DNA from: Mycobacterium sp.
GTDB taxonomy: Bacteria > Actinomycetota > Actinomycetes > Mycobacteriales > Mycobacteriaceae
Assembly (NCBI RefSeq): GCF_019247615.1
Contig: NZ_JAFBAT010000269.1
Coordinates: 5,587 to 69,586, forward strand
Direction: 5' to 3'
Length of the DNA stretch: 64,000 nucleotides
Under the pieces are notes generated by a model. It was given only the letters and a program-made list of their open reading frames with translations. It was not told the DNA's origin and searched no databases. Below, piece by piece: positions 9,751-18,830 of the stretch. How positions within the stretch are numbered: the first letter of the stretch is position 1; each line of letters starts with the position of its first letter. The translations under genes were made by a program, and so were the position numbers.

Positions 9751-10359
9751 CTGTCGATCGTCACATCCACTCGTCCACCGCGCTCGCCCGCGGACCGAAA
9801 TGTGCGCGTTGACGCGCCGGGTATTCCGGGGAAGTTGCAGCGGACGCGCGCGGTCGTAGTTCGCCGTCGTTGCCGCCATCGCAAGCACTATCGCCGCACT
9901 TAGGCCCCAATGCTTGACACGCCAAAGCTGCTGCCGAGGAGACTCAGTGAAATGCGGACATTTTCTCCGTCGTGGGTGGATGGCAGGCCGCCCAGGCTGT
10001 TGAGTTGGTGCGTGCGTTACGCATTCAGTTGCTCGAGATGACGCAGCGGCTTAATTGGCTTGAACGACAGATAAATTCGCGTGAACGACGGAATATCACC
10101 GGGACGACGCTCGGGCATGTGCCATGCGGTGGTAGCGGCCGCGCTGCGACGCGACGTTCTCGAGGCACAGGCTCACATCGAACGGTTTCAGCGCTAACTT
10201 GCGTTAAGCGGATGCGGGCCCCCACGCACGTGGCCTCGCTAGAAGCTTTGTGGCCTGCGGCTGGATGGCGCTGACGCTCGAATGGTGCCGTACCGGATTC
10301 CGTCTTAGGATCGACCCGCCGCGTCGCATCTGCTACGCCCATCGGTAGAGGACTTCGCC

Positions 10360-12300
10360 ATGCCTACGCGTGTCAGGCCCGCGTTACCGCTTCGCGCGAT
10401 TTTCGGCACCGAGAAAGCCCGCTCTTCACTTGTGATCGGTGCGCTCGGCGTCGTGTTCGGAGACCTCGGGACAAGTCCCATCTATACGATCCAGACAATT
10501 TTCGATCCCAGCGACCCTCATCCCATACCGATCACGACAGCAAATGTCTATGGGGTCGTATCGGTGATCTTCTGGTCGGTGATGATCATCGTCACGCTCA
10601 CCTACGTCACCCTGGTGATGCGCGCCGATAACGACGGTGAGGGCGGCATCATGGCCCTCATCACCCTGGTGCGCCGGTTGGGTGTCAACCGGAGTCGTCG
10701 CATGGTGGTTACTCTGGCCGCGCTCGGCCTCTTTGGCGCCTCGCTGTTTTTCGGCGACAGCATGATCACTCCAGCCATCTCGGTGATCTCGTCGGTGGAG
10801 GGCCTCAAGGTTGTCGAGCCGCGATTCGGTCACTGGGTCGTGCCGATCACCGCGGTGATCATCGTTATTCTCTTCGCTTTTCAGAGCCGCGGCACCGCCG
10901 CAATCGGACGCCTGTTCGGGCCGATCATGATCGTGTGGTTCGTCGCGATCGGCGCGTGCGGCGTCGAGGGCATAGCCACGCATCCGGCAATCGTCAAGGC
11001 GTTGTCACCCGTATATGCGCTGACGTTCATGGTCACCTACCCAGCCACGGCCTTTTTTTCGCTGGCCGCGGTCGTCCTGGCGGTGACGGGGGCGGAGGCG
11101 CTCTACGCGGACATGGGCCACTTCGGCCGGCCGGCAATCACCCGGGCGTGGCTGTTTGTGGTCTTGCCGGCGTGCACGCTCAGTTACTTCGGCCAGGCCG
11201 CGCTGCTGTTGGGCAACAACAACGTCACCGATGCGCCCTTCTTCCTGCTCTCACCGGGCTGGGCGCGATTGCCGATGGTGCTGCTGGCGACCGCGGCAAC
11301 GGTGATCGCCTCCCAGGCGGTGATCACCGGGGCCTACTCGGTAGCGTCGCAGGCCGCTCAGCTCGGCTCCCTGCCCCGGGTGCGGGTCGTTCACACGTCC
11401 GAGTCGACGATCGGCCAGATCTACGTGCCCTGGATCAACGGTCTGCTGATGGTTGCGGTCCTCATCCTGGTGTTCGCGTTCCGCAGCTCGGCGGCACTGG
11501 CGTTCGCATACGGCATGGCGGTGACCGGGACGATCACCATTACAACCTTGCTCTTTTTCTTCGTCGCCCGCGAACGGTGGAAGACACCCGTGTGGCTGAT
11601 TGTGACTGGCGCTGCAGCGTTGTTGACGATCGACCTACTGTTCCTGGCGGCCAACCTCACCAAGCTGGTGCACGGAGCCTGGCTACCCCTTCTCATCGCC
11701 GCAACGGCTTTCCTCGTGATGACGACCTGGCAGCGGGGCAGCGACCTCGTCACACAAGCGCGGGCCAAAGCGGAGGGACCGCTGCGCGAATTCGTCGATC
11801 AGCTGACCCATCATCGCCCACCGCTGGCGCGGACGGCCGGTACAGCGATTTTCCTCAACCGCGGCAAAGAGACCGCGCCGCTGGCAATGCGAGCCAACGT
11901 CGAACACAACCACGTGCTACACGAACACTGCGTGATCGTGTCGATCGAGACCGTTCCCGCGCCGCGGGTGCCGGACGAAGCACGACTAGAAGTCGATGAC
12001 CTGGGTGATTTCCGAGACGGGGTTATCCACGTCAATGCGAAGTTCGGGTATATGGAACAGCCCAACGTCCCGGATGCGCTGCGGCTGCTCGACCCGCGCC
12101 AAACCGAAGGCGAAATCGCCCTCGATGACGCCTCTTATTTCCTTTCAAAGCTTGAACTGCGGGCGGGCTCTGCACCGACCATGCCGGCATGGCGCAAGCG
12201 CTTGTTCGTCGCCACCTCCTACATCGCCGCGGACGCCGCCGAGTATTTCAACCTGCCCATCGACCGCACGGTGGTCATGGGTGCGCGGATTCAGGTCTAG
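10360..12300 (+). CDS. kup: KUP/HAK/KT family potassium transporter
   Basis: 646 aa; GALGVVFGDLGTSPIYT signature, 12 hydrophobic segments, C-terminal cytoplasmic domain. Confidence 0.95.
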   Translation: MPTRVRPALPLRAIFGTEKARSSLVIGALGVVFGDLGTSPIYTIQTIFDPSDPHPIPITTANVYGVVSVIFWSVMIIVTLTYVTLVMRADNDGEGGIMALITLVRRLGVNRSRRMVVTLAALGLFGASLFFGDSMITPAISVISSVEGLKVVEPRFGHWVVPITAVIIVILFAFQSRGTAAIGRLFGPIMIVWFVAIGACGVEGIATHPAIVKALSPVYALTFMVTYPATAFFSLAAVVLAVTGAEALYADMGHFGRPAITRAWLFVVLPACTLSYFGQAALLLGNNNVTDAPFFLLSPGWARLPMVLLATAATVIASQAVITGAYSVASQAAQLGSLPRVRVVHTSESTIGQIYVPWINGLLMVAVLILVFAFRSSAALAFAYGMAVTGTITITTLLFFFVARERWKTPVWLIVTGAAALLTIDLLFLAANLTKLVHGAWLPLLIAATAFLVMTTWQRGSDLVTQARAKAEGPLREFVDQLTHHRPPLARTAGTAIFLNRGKETAPLAMRANVEHNHVLHEHCVIVSIETVPAPRVPDEARLEVDDLGDFRDGVIHVNAKFGYMEQPNVPDALRLLDPRQTEGEIALDDASYFLSKLELRAGSAPTMPAWRKRLFVATSYIAADAAEYFNLPIDRTVVMGARIQV

Positions 12301-12636
12301 CGGTCGTCGCCCCGCGGGTGTCGAACCTGTACGACGGCGACAGCTGGCTCCGGATACGGTGAAAGGCCTCGAACTGACATTGACCTTCCTGCGCAGCAAA
12401 CGCGCGCAAGCCGTCATGCAGCAGCGACGGGAACAATCAGCTTGGGCATGCAAGTCATGTCCCGACGCTGAGGCGGAATTCATCGGCGGTGAACGTTGAA
12501 CTGCATGCGGCCGGTGGAATCATGGCTCTTGACGCCGTCAAGACCCGAAAACAAAACCGCAGGTAACGAACGGGACTGAATCGTAACGAGACGGAACGAA
12601 CATGCAGGTAAGCCGGTATTTTGCCTGGTCAAGGCA

Positions 12637-12660
12637 GGGTTCGAATCCCCTTAGCTCCAC
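12637..12660 (+). repeat. right copy of the 24-nt direct repeat (orphan tRNA-Ala 3' end; putative attR)
   Basis: GGGTTCGAATCCCCTTAGCTCCAC with no matching 5' acceptor, D-arm or anticodon arm upstream. Confidence 0.8.
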
Positions 12661-13159
12661 AAAGCTTCTCAGCACGTAATCCTTCATTCTTTCGTTAGCT
12701 GTCCGGTCGCCATAGAGCGCCGGGGCCGCAGTGGGGCCGCAGCAGCGCGGATTGCTGCATCGAGGTTGGCGCCACTCGAACTTCTGGTTCAGCGAAAAGC
12801 CTGGGCCACAGCATATTTCGCCACAAAGTCTGGGGATCGACCCTTACATTCTGCGATCGAGAGATAAGGGTGGTGCAGCACTCGACTGAGGCCGGGAGCG
12901 TTGGCCGGCCGCCATCATCGGAAAGCAGGCCGCGCGAGGTCCTTTGCCACACGTACACCCCGTAAGCGGAGGTGACGTCGCCCGGGCTCGCCCATCCCTT
13001 GGGAGCGACCCGCGCGCATGGGTAACGCGCCGATGGCCAGCCCACGGGCGCGTCGAGCGCCCGACCGATCTGGGCGGAGGTCAGGACGTTCACCACGTAT
13101 CAACTCGATGTCGGGGGACCCCGCCTGTCTGCGATCCCGCAGTCCGCTCGCTGGGAGCG

Positions 13160-15178
13160 CTAATTGTTCAGATCGAACACCGTCGTACCCGTCCCGGTCG
13201 GGCTGTAGGACATGTATATCGGGAATTGGTTGAAAACGTAGTTGCCGGTGACGAAGTTGCCCGGCGGGTTCGCTGTGGTGGGAGAGTCGACGTACGTGAG
13301 TGGATAGACGGCTTGGTCTGAGCTGACCGTCTGTGTGTACAACGTTTTGTACGTGTTTGTGGCGCTGTCGTAGGCCTCCACCGAGAAGGTGGTTCCCGCC
13401 GGCAAGGGGGCTCCGGGCTGGAGGCCGGCTAGGTTCGGAGGGAGGAGGTCTTGCGGAATGTCGCCGCCGTTGCCACCGGTGTCGATGTTGGCCTGAGGAA
13501 CGGGCTGATAACCGGTGCTCTGACCGTTGTAGTTGACCGCAAGCCGAAGGTCGGGGGTCAACGGCGCGCCGGATACAGACGCGTACGGGGTCAGCGTATT
13601 GTCACCGAATCGTGCGTAATGTTGCGGCTGGTCGATAAGCACACCATGGCCCAGTCCACCGGGCAGTTGCTGAACGAACGAAGTCGGGAAGGTTACGGAA
13701 TTCGGCGGTGTCGTATTCACCGTGTTGGCCCCGGTGCCCAGCACTCCCTGCCACTCGCTTTGGGGTATGGGTGCCCCATTGCCAAGGGTTTCGTTGGTGA
13801 CGACACCGACGGTCATCGGCTGCGTGACGATCCCGTCTCCGAAGTTCAGCGACGCCGTGTACGCGTTGTAGGTAACGACGGTTTGGCGGGATGGGTCCCC
13901 AGCCGGGCCGAAGTCGTAGGTTAGACCGGTGGCGGTGGGGGTCCCCAAGGACGCCAGGTTGACATCCTGGACGGGAATTAGCGTGGAGGTGGAGCCGGTG
14001 TCGAGGAGGGCGAGAGATGGCGGCCCACCGTTGACCGAGACCAGCACCTCCGGTTTATTGCCATTCATGATGAGTTGAACTTGAGCTAAATCGCCCTCCG
14101 CGCCTGTGGTGCCGGCGTGACCCAGCAAACGCCCGCCTGCTCCGCCGTGGCCGCCGGGCGGAGGGGTCCCGCTACCGGCATAAACCCCGCCTTTACCGCC
14201 GCCGCCGCCGTCGCCGATTAGCTGCCCGCCGTGCCCGCCGGTGCCGCCTACCCCGAACGCGCCGCCCTGACCACCGGCGCCACCATGGCCGAACAAGAGC
14301 GCCCTACCGCCGGTACCGCCCGGCGCCCACGGACCGCCGATGCCGCCCGTGCCGCCGGGGCCCCACAACATGCCGCCGGTGCCGCCGGTACCACCGATAC
14401 CGCCGATGGTCAGTTTGCTGGCGGTGGTTGTGAAGGTTCCGCCCTGACCGCCGGCGCCGCCCCTGCCTACCAGCACTGCGTTGCCGCCGGTGCCGCCGGC
14501 GCCGCCCACGCCACCCAGACCGCCGGCACCGCCTGTGCCGGAGATCCAGCCTCCGGTCCCGCCCGGACCGCCGGAGGCGCCGAATCCGCCCATTCCGCCG
14601 GTGCCGCCTGCGCCGATCAGTCCGGCGGGTCCGCCGGCACCGCCGTTGAATCCGGTGGCCGTGCTCGCGCCGCCATTACCGCCCTTGCCCCACAGAATCC
14701 CACCGGCCCCGCCGGGCGTTCCTATCCCTTGGGCGGTAGTTACGCCGTTGAAGCCCTTGCCGATCAGTGGTCGGCCCAGGAAGGTGTCGGTCGGTGTGTT
14801 GATCGCCGCCAGAAAATGCTGGCGAGTCTGCATGGGTACCGTCTTGACGATTTCTTCTCGCACGGCGCGCAGCGCACCGGAGGTCATCGTTAACGCGTTG
14901 GCGGCCTCGGCGCCCGCATAGGCGCCCATACCGGCGCCCAACGTCTGGACCAGCTGGGTGTGGAACGCCGCGGCTTGCGCGCTCAGCGCCTGATACGCCG
15001 AGGCGTGCTCGGAGAAAAGGGCCGCGACAGCCGCCGACACTTCGTCTTCGGCGGCGGCCGTGACTCCGGTCGTTGGCCCGGCCGCGGCCGCGTGGGCTGC
15101 GCTGATCTCGGACCCAAGGCTTGAAAGATCCTGAGTCGCATTGATAATCGCGTCGGGGACTGCGATCACGAAGGACAC
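13160..15178 (-). CDS. PE_PGRS family protein with C-terminal pepsin-like aspartic protease domain (PecA-type)
   Basis: Start reset to GTG (complement 15176-15178), giving VSFVIAVPDAI... The order is PE domain with a YAGAE (YxxxE) motif, GGAGG/GGTGG repeats, then LLDTGSTS and IDTGGNGG (two DTG catalytic motifs). Confidence 0.9.
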   Translation of the reverse strand: MSFVIAVPDAIINATQDLSSLGSEISAAHAAAAGPTTGVTAAAEDEVSAAVAALFSEHASAYQALSAQAAAFHTQLVQTLGAGMGAYAGAEAANALTMTSGALRAVREEIVKTVPMQTRQHFLAAINTPTDTFLGRPLIGKGFNGVTTAQGIGTPGGAGGILWGKGGNGGASTATGFNGGAGGPAGLIGAGGTGGMGGFGASGGPGGTGGWISGTGGAGGLGGVGGAGGTGGNAVLVGRGGAGGQGGTFTTTASKLTIGGIGGTGGTGGMLWGPGGTGGIGGPWAPGGTGGRALLFGHGGAGGQGGAFGVGGTGGHGGQLIGDGGGGGKGGVYAGSGTPPPGGHGGAGGRLLGHAGTTGAEGDLAQVQLIMNGNKPEVLVSVNGGPPSLALLDTGSTSTLIPVQDVNLASLGTPTATGLTYDFGPAGDPSRQTVVTYNAYTASLNFGDGIVTQPMTVGVVTNETLGNGAPIPQSEWQGVLGTGANTVNTTPPNSVTFPTSFVQQLPGGLGHGVLIDQPQHYARFGDNTLTPYASVSGAPLTPDLRLAVNYNGQSTGYQPVPQANIDTGGNGGDIPQDLLPPNLAGLQPGAPLPAGTTFSVEAYDSATNTYKTLYTQTVSSDQAVYPLTYVDSPTTANPPGNFVTGNYVFNQFPIYMSYSPTGTGTTVFDLNN

Positions 15179-15610
15179 GTCAGCACTCCAATTGGTTGTA
15201 GCGAAGTCAGTGAGCGGTCGCTGCCGAATGGCGAACAAAGCGGACAGTAGCAGCGCTCGGCAAGTCCGCAAAGTTTTTTCGGCGATGTTCGATCGCTCAC
15301 GCGTCGGCGTGCCGCGCGCCGCGGCAGGGGATCGCAAGACCGTAGATGAGTCAGTCTTGTGGTGGCCGCTGACCTTCTACGCCGCTGCGTCGTCGACGGT
15401 GTCCTTGACGGCGCCGATCGGACATGGCGCCCTTCTCAGCGCGGGTCATTACGCCGCCGCCAAAACCCTGCGCCGAACCACCGGCACCCATCAACAACTA
15501 CAACTGACCCCTGCTCACGGGTGAGGAATTTCTGCGAGACGCCTGCGGGCTTTCGATGCGTACCGCCATCGAATTGGTGTGACGCCATCCAGCGGGCAGG
15601 TGACCGCTGA

Positions 15611-16024
15611 TCAGATGCGCCTCGCGACGCGGTTCTCAACACCGATCAATCTGTGCTCGGCGTCCTGGTCTAGCTGCTTGATCTCGGACCCCACACCGAC
15701 CTTCACAAAATATGGGTGGGTGCCTATGGACAGCGCGGCGTTAGCGGCCTCGGTCGCCGCATACGTCCCAGCCCCCGTGCTCAACCGCTGCACAAATTGG
15801 TCGTGAAACAGTCCCGCCCGCGCCATCACCGCCTGATACTGCTGCGCGTAGCCGCCGAAGACTTCGGCGATGGCTGCCGACACGTCATCCGTGGCCGCAG
15901 GCGCAACTTGTGTCGTCGACACGGTCGCCGCCGCGTTGGCCGACTTGATCGCCGAGCCGATGCCCGTTAAATCCCGTGCTGCGCCAGCCATACCCTCGAA
16001 CGAACCAACCACAAAAGATGACAA
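15611..16024 (-). CDS. PE family protein
   Basis: MSSFVVGSFEGMAGAARDLTGIGSAI..AAIAEVFGGYAQQYQAV..GTYAATEAANA (YxxxE secretion motif); 137 aa. Confidence 0.85.
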   Translation of the reverse strand: MSSFVVGSFEGMAGAARDLTGIGSAIKSANAAATVSTTQVAPAATDDVSAAIAEVFGGYAQQYQAVMARAGLFHDQFVQRLSTGAGTYAATEAANAALSIGTHPYFVKVGVGSEIKQLDQDAEHRLIGVENRVARRI

Positions 16025-16441
16025 CTACGGCTCCTCACTGGGATGTAGAACCGGGGACAAACGTCTGGGCCGAGCACAATTCACCAATGAAACGTGCGTC
16101 TAACCACCCGCCTACGGCGATGACAGCGCAAGGTAACCAATTGACGTCGGGGGCCTAAGTTCGCCGAGCAGCTATCAGAACTTCACTCACCTTTTTGCTC
16201 TGATTCGTGTCGTCGCGGTCCGCTTCGTTGGCGTCCTCGATGAGGTACACCCCATGGGTCGGGGCGGCCATGTCGGTCACCACGGGCAGGTCGCGGCACA
16301 CGTGTAGTGCTTCGAGCAGTGCGGCGTAGCCGAGCTGCGGGCTTTTGCACCCGCGGCACCACCGGCTGGAGATGAACTACCAATTCAGGCGAAAATGGGT
16401 GGAATCCGGACATCGAACTGCGAGCGATAGCGGACTGAGAA

Positions 16442-16813
16442 ATGACACATGCCGAACAATTCCGCGAAGGCAGGTTCATGGTGACTCGGCACCGCGAAGG
16501 CGAGGCGGTGGTGTTACGTGTCAGCGGCGAGTTGGATGTAGTCACGGTTCCCACGCTGGCTACCGACATCGACATCGCGATAAATGACCAACCGGCGATC
16601 CTGGTTGTTGATCTGACCGACGTGGCCTTCGTGTCCTCGGCGGCGCTGTCACTACTCATCGAAGCTCACCGACTCGCCGAACCCACCGCCACGTCGATGC
16701 GTGTCGCGGCCGACAAAGACGCCGCCATCCGCCCGATGCGCATCACTGGCGTCGACCAGATTCTCGATCTTTATCCTTCGGTCGCCGCGGCGATTTGCGG
16801 CCCGCACGCCTGA
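16442..16813 (+). CDS. STAS-domain anti-sigma-factor antagonist
   Basis: VLRVSGELDVVTVPTLATDIDIAI..ILVVDLTDVAFVSSAALSLLIEAH: typical SpoIIAA/RsfA-like fold with a conserved Ser. Confidence 0.85.
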   Translation: MTHAEQFREGRFMVTRHREGEAVVLRVSGELDVVTVPTLATDIDIAINDQPAILVVDLTDVAFVSSAALSLLIEAHRLAEPTATSMRVAADKDAAIRPMRITGVDQILDLYPSVAAAICGPHA

Positions 16814-16861
16814 GCGAAATCGCGCGCCGCCGTATCGCCGGGGAAAGGCTACGCCGGCGGG

Positions 16862-17407
16862 GTGAAGGCAAACGTTGATGTGCTCACGCGACTTTGGAGC
16901 CGGCGCGCCACATCGAGATTGCCGAAATCGAGCGGTTGAAGGCCACCGGAACCGAACGGCTGGCGGCGCTGCTCATCGACATCGATCAGTTCAAGGCGAT
17001 CAACGACACCTTCGGCCATCCGGCCGGCGACGAGGTCTTGCGTGCAAGTGCGCAGCGGTTGCGGGCGTCGACCAGGGAAGTCGATGCAGTAGGACGGATC
17101 GGTGGCGACGAATTTCTGGTCCTTGTGGCCGATGCTCAACCGGATGAGGTGGCGGACATGGCCGAGCGCATTCGAGCCGCGCAGGCCGAGCCCCCCCGTC
17201 CGGTTCGGCCCACACTCCATCGCGTTCACGTGCAGCATCGGTTACGCGGTCGGCCCCGCGAGCGAGCCCATCGACATACTCCTCGAACTGGCCGATGACG
17301 CTTTGTATCGCGCCAAATCGAAGGGACGCAACCGAGTCGATCCGCCCACGATGGAACCGAGCGACCCGGACTCTCTCCATCCACGAGTCGTACGGCACGC
17401 CAAGTGA
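16862..17407 (+). pseudogene. stand-alone GGDEF-domain diguanylate cyclase gene carrying two frameshifts
   Basis: Three frames join into one domain. The first is V-K-A-N-V-DVLTRLWSRRA (from GTG 16862), with a shift near 16907. The second is HIEIAEIERLKATGTERLAALLIDIDQFKAINDTFGHPAGDEVL..GRIGGDEFLVLV..AQAEPP, with a shift in the C7 run at 17191-17197. The third is VRFGPHSIAFTCSIGYAV..ADDALYRAKSKGRNRV. Confidence 0.75.
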
Positions 17408-17641
17408 GTGGAGCCCTTCGGCGGGTAACCGCGACTCCGCTGCCGGGGGCAACATCCGTATTCTCGCTCTGCGGCGCGCGTCTTGTGCAGTGTGTCGCCC
17501 AGTCTTACGGGTGGTCGACGACTGAATTGGGTACTGATGCAGGTGTCGGCCCGCGAGGCCGGCCCATGACCATGCGCGCCGCTTCGCCCAAGGCTTCGGA
17601 TGCGCCGGCGCCCGGGCGGCGCCGATGACGGAGAGGACTTG

Positions 17642-18760
17642 ATGGCGCACCGCGATCGCGAAACCACCGACAAGCTTTTGCAGGAACTCCTGTTGACCTA
17701 CGGGCCGTGCGGCCAGGAGGACGCGGTTCGTGACGTGTGTGCCCGCGAACTGGAACCCGTGGTCGACGACATGTGGATCGACGACGCCGGGAACCTGATC
17801 GGGTATGTGGCCGCGAACGGCCCCGTCGATCACACCGGCCACCGGCACCGCTGGTCCGCGACGGCGGGGCCCAGCTCCGCGACGCGGGTCATGGCGCACA
17901 TGGACGAACTGTCGATGCTCGTCAAGCGGGTCGAAAACGACGGCACGCTGCTTCTGACTCAGCTCGGCACGATGTATCCGGGAAATTTCGGGCTCGGCCC
18001 GGTGGCGGTGCTCGGCGAACATGAGACCCTCACCGCGGTGCTGACCCTGGGCTCCGAGCACACCACCAAGGAGAGCCCGCGCATCTGGCAGACGAAACCG
18101 GACGGCGGCGACCAGGCGCTGGATTGGCCGCACGTCTACGTTTTCACCGGGCGCACCGCGGACGAGCTTTCCACCGCGGGCGTGCGCCCGGGCACGCGGG
18201 TGTGCATCGACCGGAGCAAGCGGACGTTGGTCGGGTTCGGAGACTACATCGGGTGTTACTTCCTCGACGACCGCGCCGCGGTGACGGCGCTGTTGCGCGC
18301 CGCGCGGATCCTGCACGAGAACGGTGAAAGCCCGGCTGAGGACGTCTATTTCGTGCTCACCACCAGCGAGGAGATCGGGGGCGTCGGCGGCTCCTACGCC
18401 AGCGCCGCCCTGCCCGGCAGACTCACCCTTGCCCTCGAGGTCGGCCCCACCGAACAGGAGTACGGGACCACCGTCGGCGGCGGTCCCATCGTCGGCTACA
18501 GCGACGCCATCTGTGTCTACGACAAGGACGTCGCGGACCGGCTGATGAGGATTGCCACCGACCGGGGACTTTCGCCCCAGGCCGCCGTGCTGGGCGCCTT
18601 CGAATCCGACGCCTCACACGCCAAGGCCAGCGGGGTGACTCCCTGTGCGGGATTGCTCTGCTTGCCCACGCTCAGCACGCACGGCTTCGAAGTGATCGCA
18701 CGCGACGCGATCGATGACATGGCGGAGATCGTTGTGGACTTCGTCCGGCACCCCAGCTGA
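17642..18760 (+). CDS. M42 family metallopeptidase (FrvX/glutamyl aminopeptidase-like)
   Basis: VMAHMDELS, CYFLDDRAAV, VLTTSEEIGGVGG and ESDASHA motifs; start taken at Met15 of track ORF 17600-18760. Confidence 0.8.
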   Translation: MAHRDRETTDKLLQELLLTYGPCGQEDAVRDVCARELEPVVDDMWIDDAGNLIGYVAANGPVDHTGHRHRWSATAGPSSATRVMAHMDELSMLVKRVENDGTLLLTQLGTMYPGNFGLGPVAVLGEHETLTAVLTLGSEHTTKESPRIWQTKPDGGDQALDWPHVYVFTGRTADELSTAGVRPGTRVCIDRSKRTLVGFGDYIGCYFLDDRAAVTALLRAARILHENGESPAEDVYFVLTTSEEIGGVGGSYASAALPGRLTLALEVGPTEQEYGTTVGGGPIVGYSDAICVYDKDVADRLMRIATDRGLSPQAAVLGAFESDASHAKASGVTPCAGLLCLPTLSTHGFEVIARDAIDDMAEIVVDFVRHPS

Positions 18761-18830
18761 CGCTACCGACATCGTCGGAGCCTCAGAAACCCCTGGCACG
18801 CAACGCATTAGGCTGAATGACGCCTCGAGA

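Larger units (their letters stand above)
6026..12636. mobile_element. degraded tRNA-Ala-integrated genomic island
   Basis: Bounded by the 24-nt direct repeat. An integrase remnant abuts the tRNA. Two pseudogenes lie inside. The gene content is absent from the recalled M. tuberculosis locus. Confidence 0.55.

Noticed and set aside
9972-10274. 100-aa ORF in the kup upstream spacer whose first half looks helical (..AVELVRALRIQLLEMTQRLNWLERQINS..); a second frame ends ..AALRRDVLEAQAHIERFQR*
   Set aside because: The second half is Arg/Gly/Ser junk. A coherent protein would require a frameshift, and no SD or family motif is present. The region is considered as an RNA leader instead.
12560-12660. 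Possible second complete tRNA ending at 12660
   Set aside because: Only the T-arm and acceptor 3' strand are present. No complementary 5' acceptor strand (GTGGAGC..), D-arm or anticodon arm lies upstream. It is interpreted as an att-site duplicate.
12695-13096. 133-aa minus-strand ORF just outside the island's right repeat
   Set aside because: No recognisable motif, an atypical composition, and overlapping alternative ORFs. It is possibly a gene relic, and support is too weak to annotate.
13900-14800. Dense GGC/GCC repeats that could be mistaken for a repeat array or CRISPR
   Set aside because: They are the in-frame Gly-Gly-Ala/Asn repeats of the PGRS domain. There is no spacer-repeat periodicity.
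17000-18316. 438-aa minus-strand ORF
   Set aside because: Antisense to the GGDEF remnant and the M42 peptidase; no motifs.
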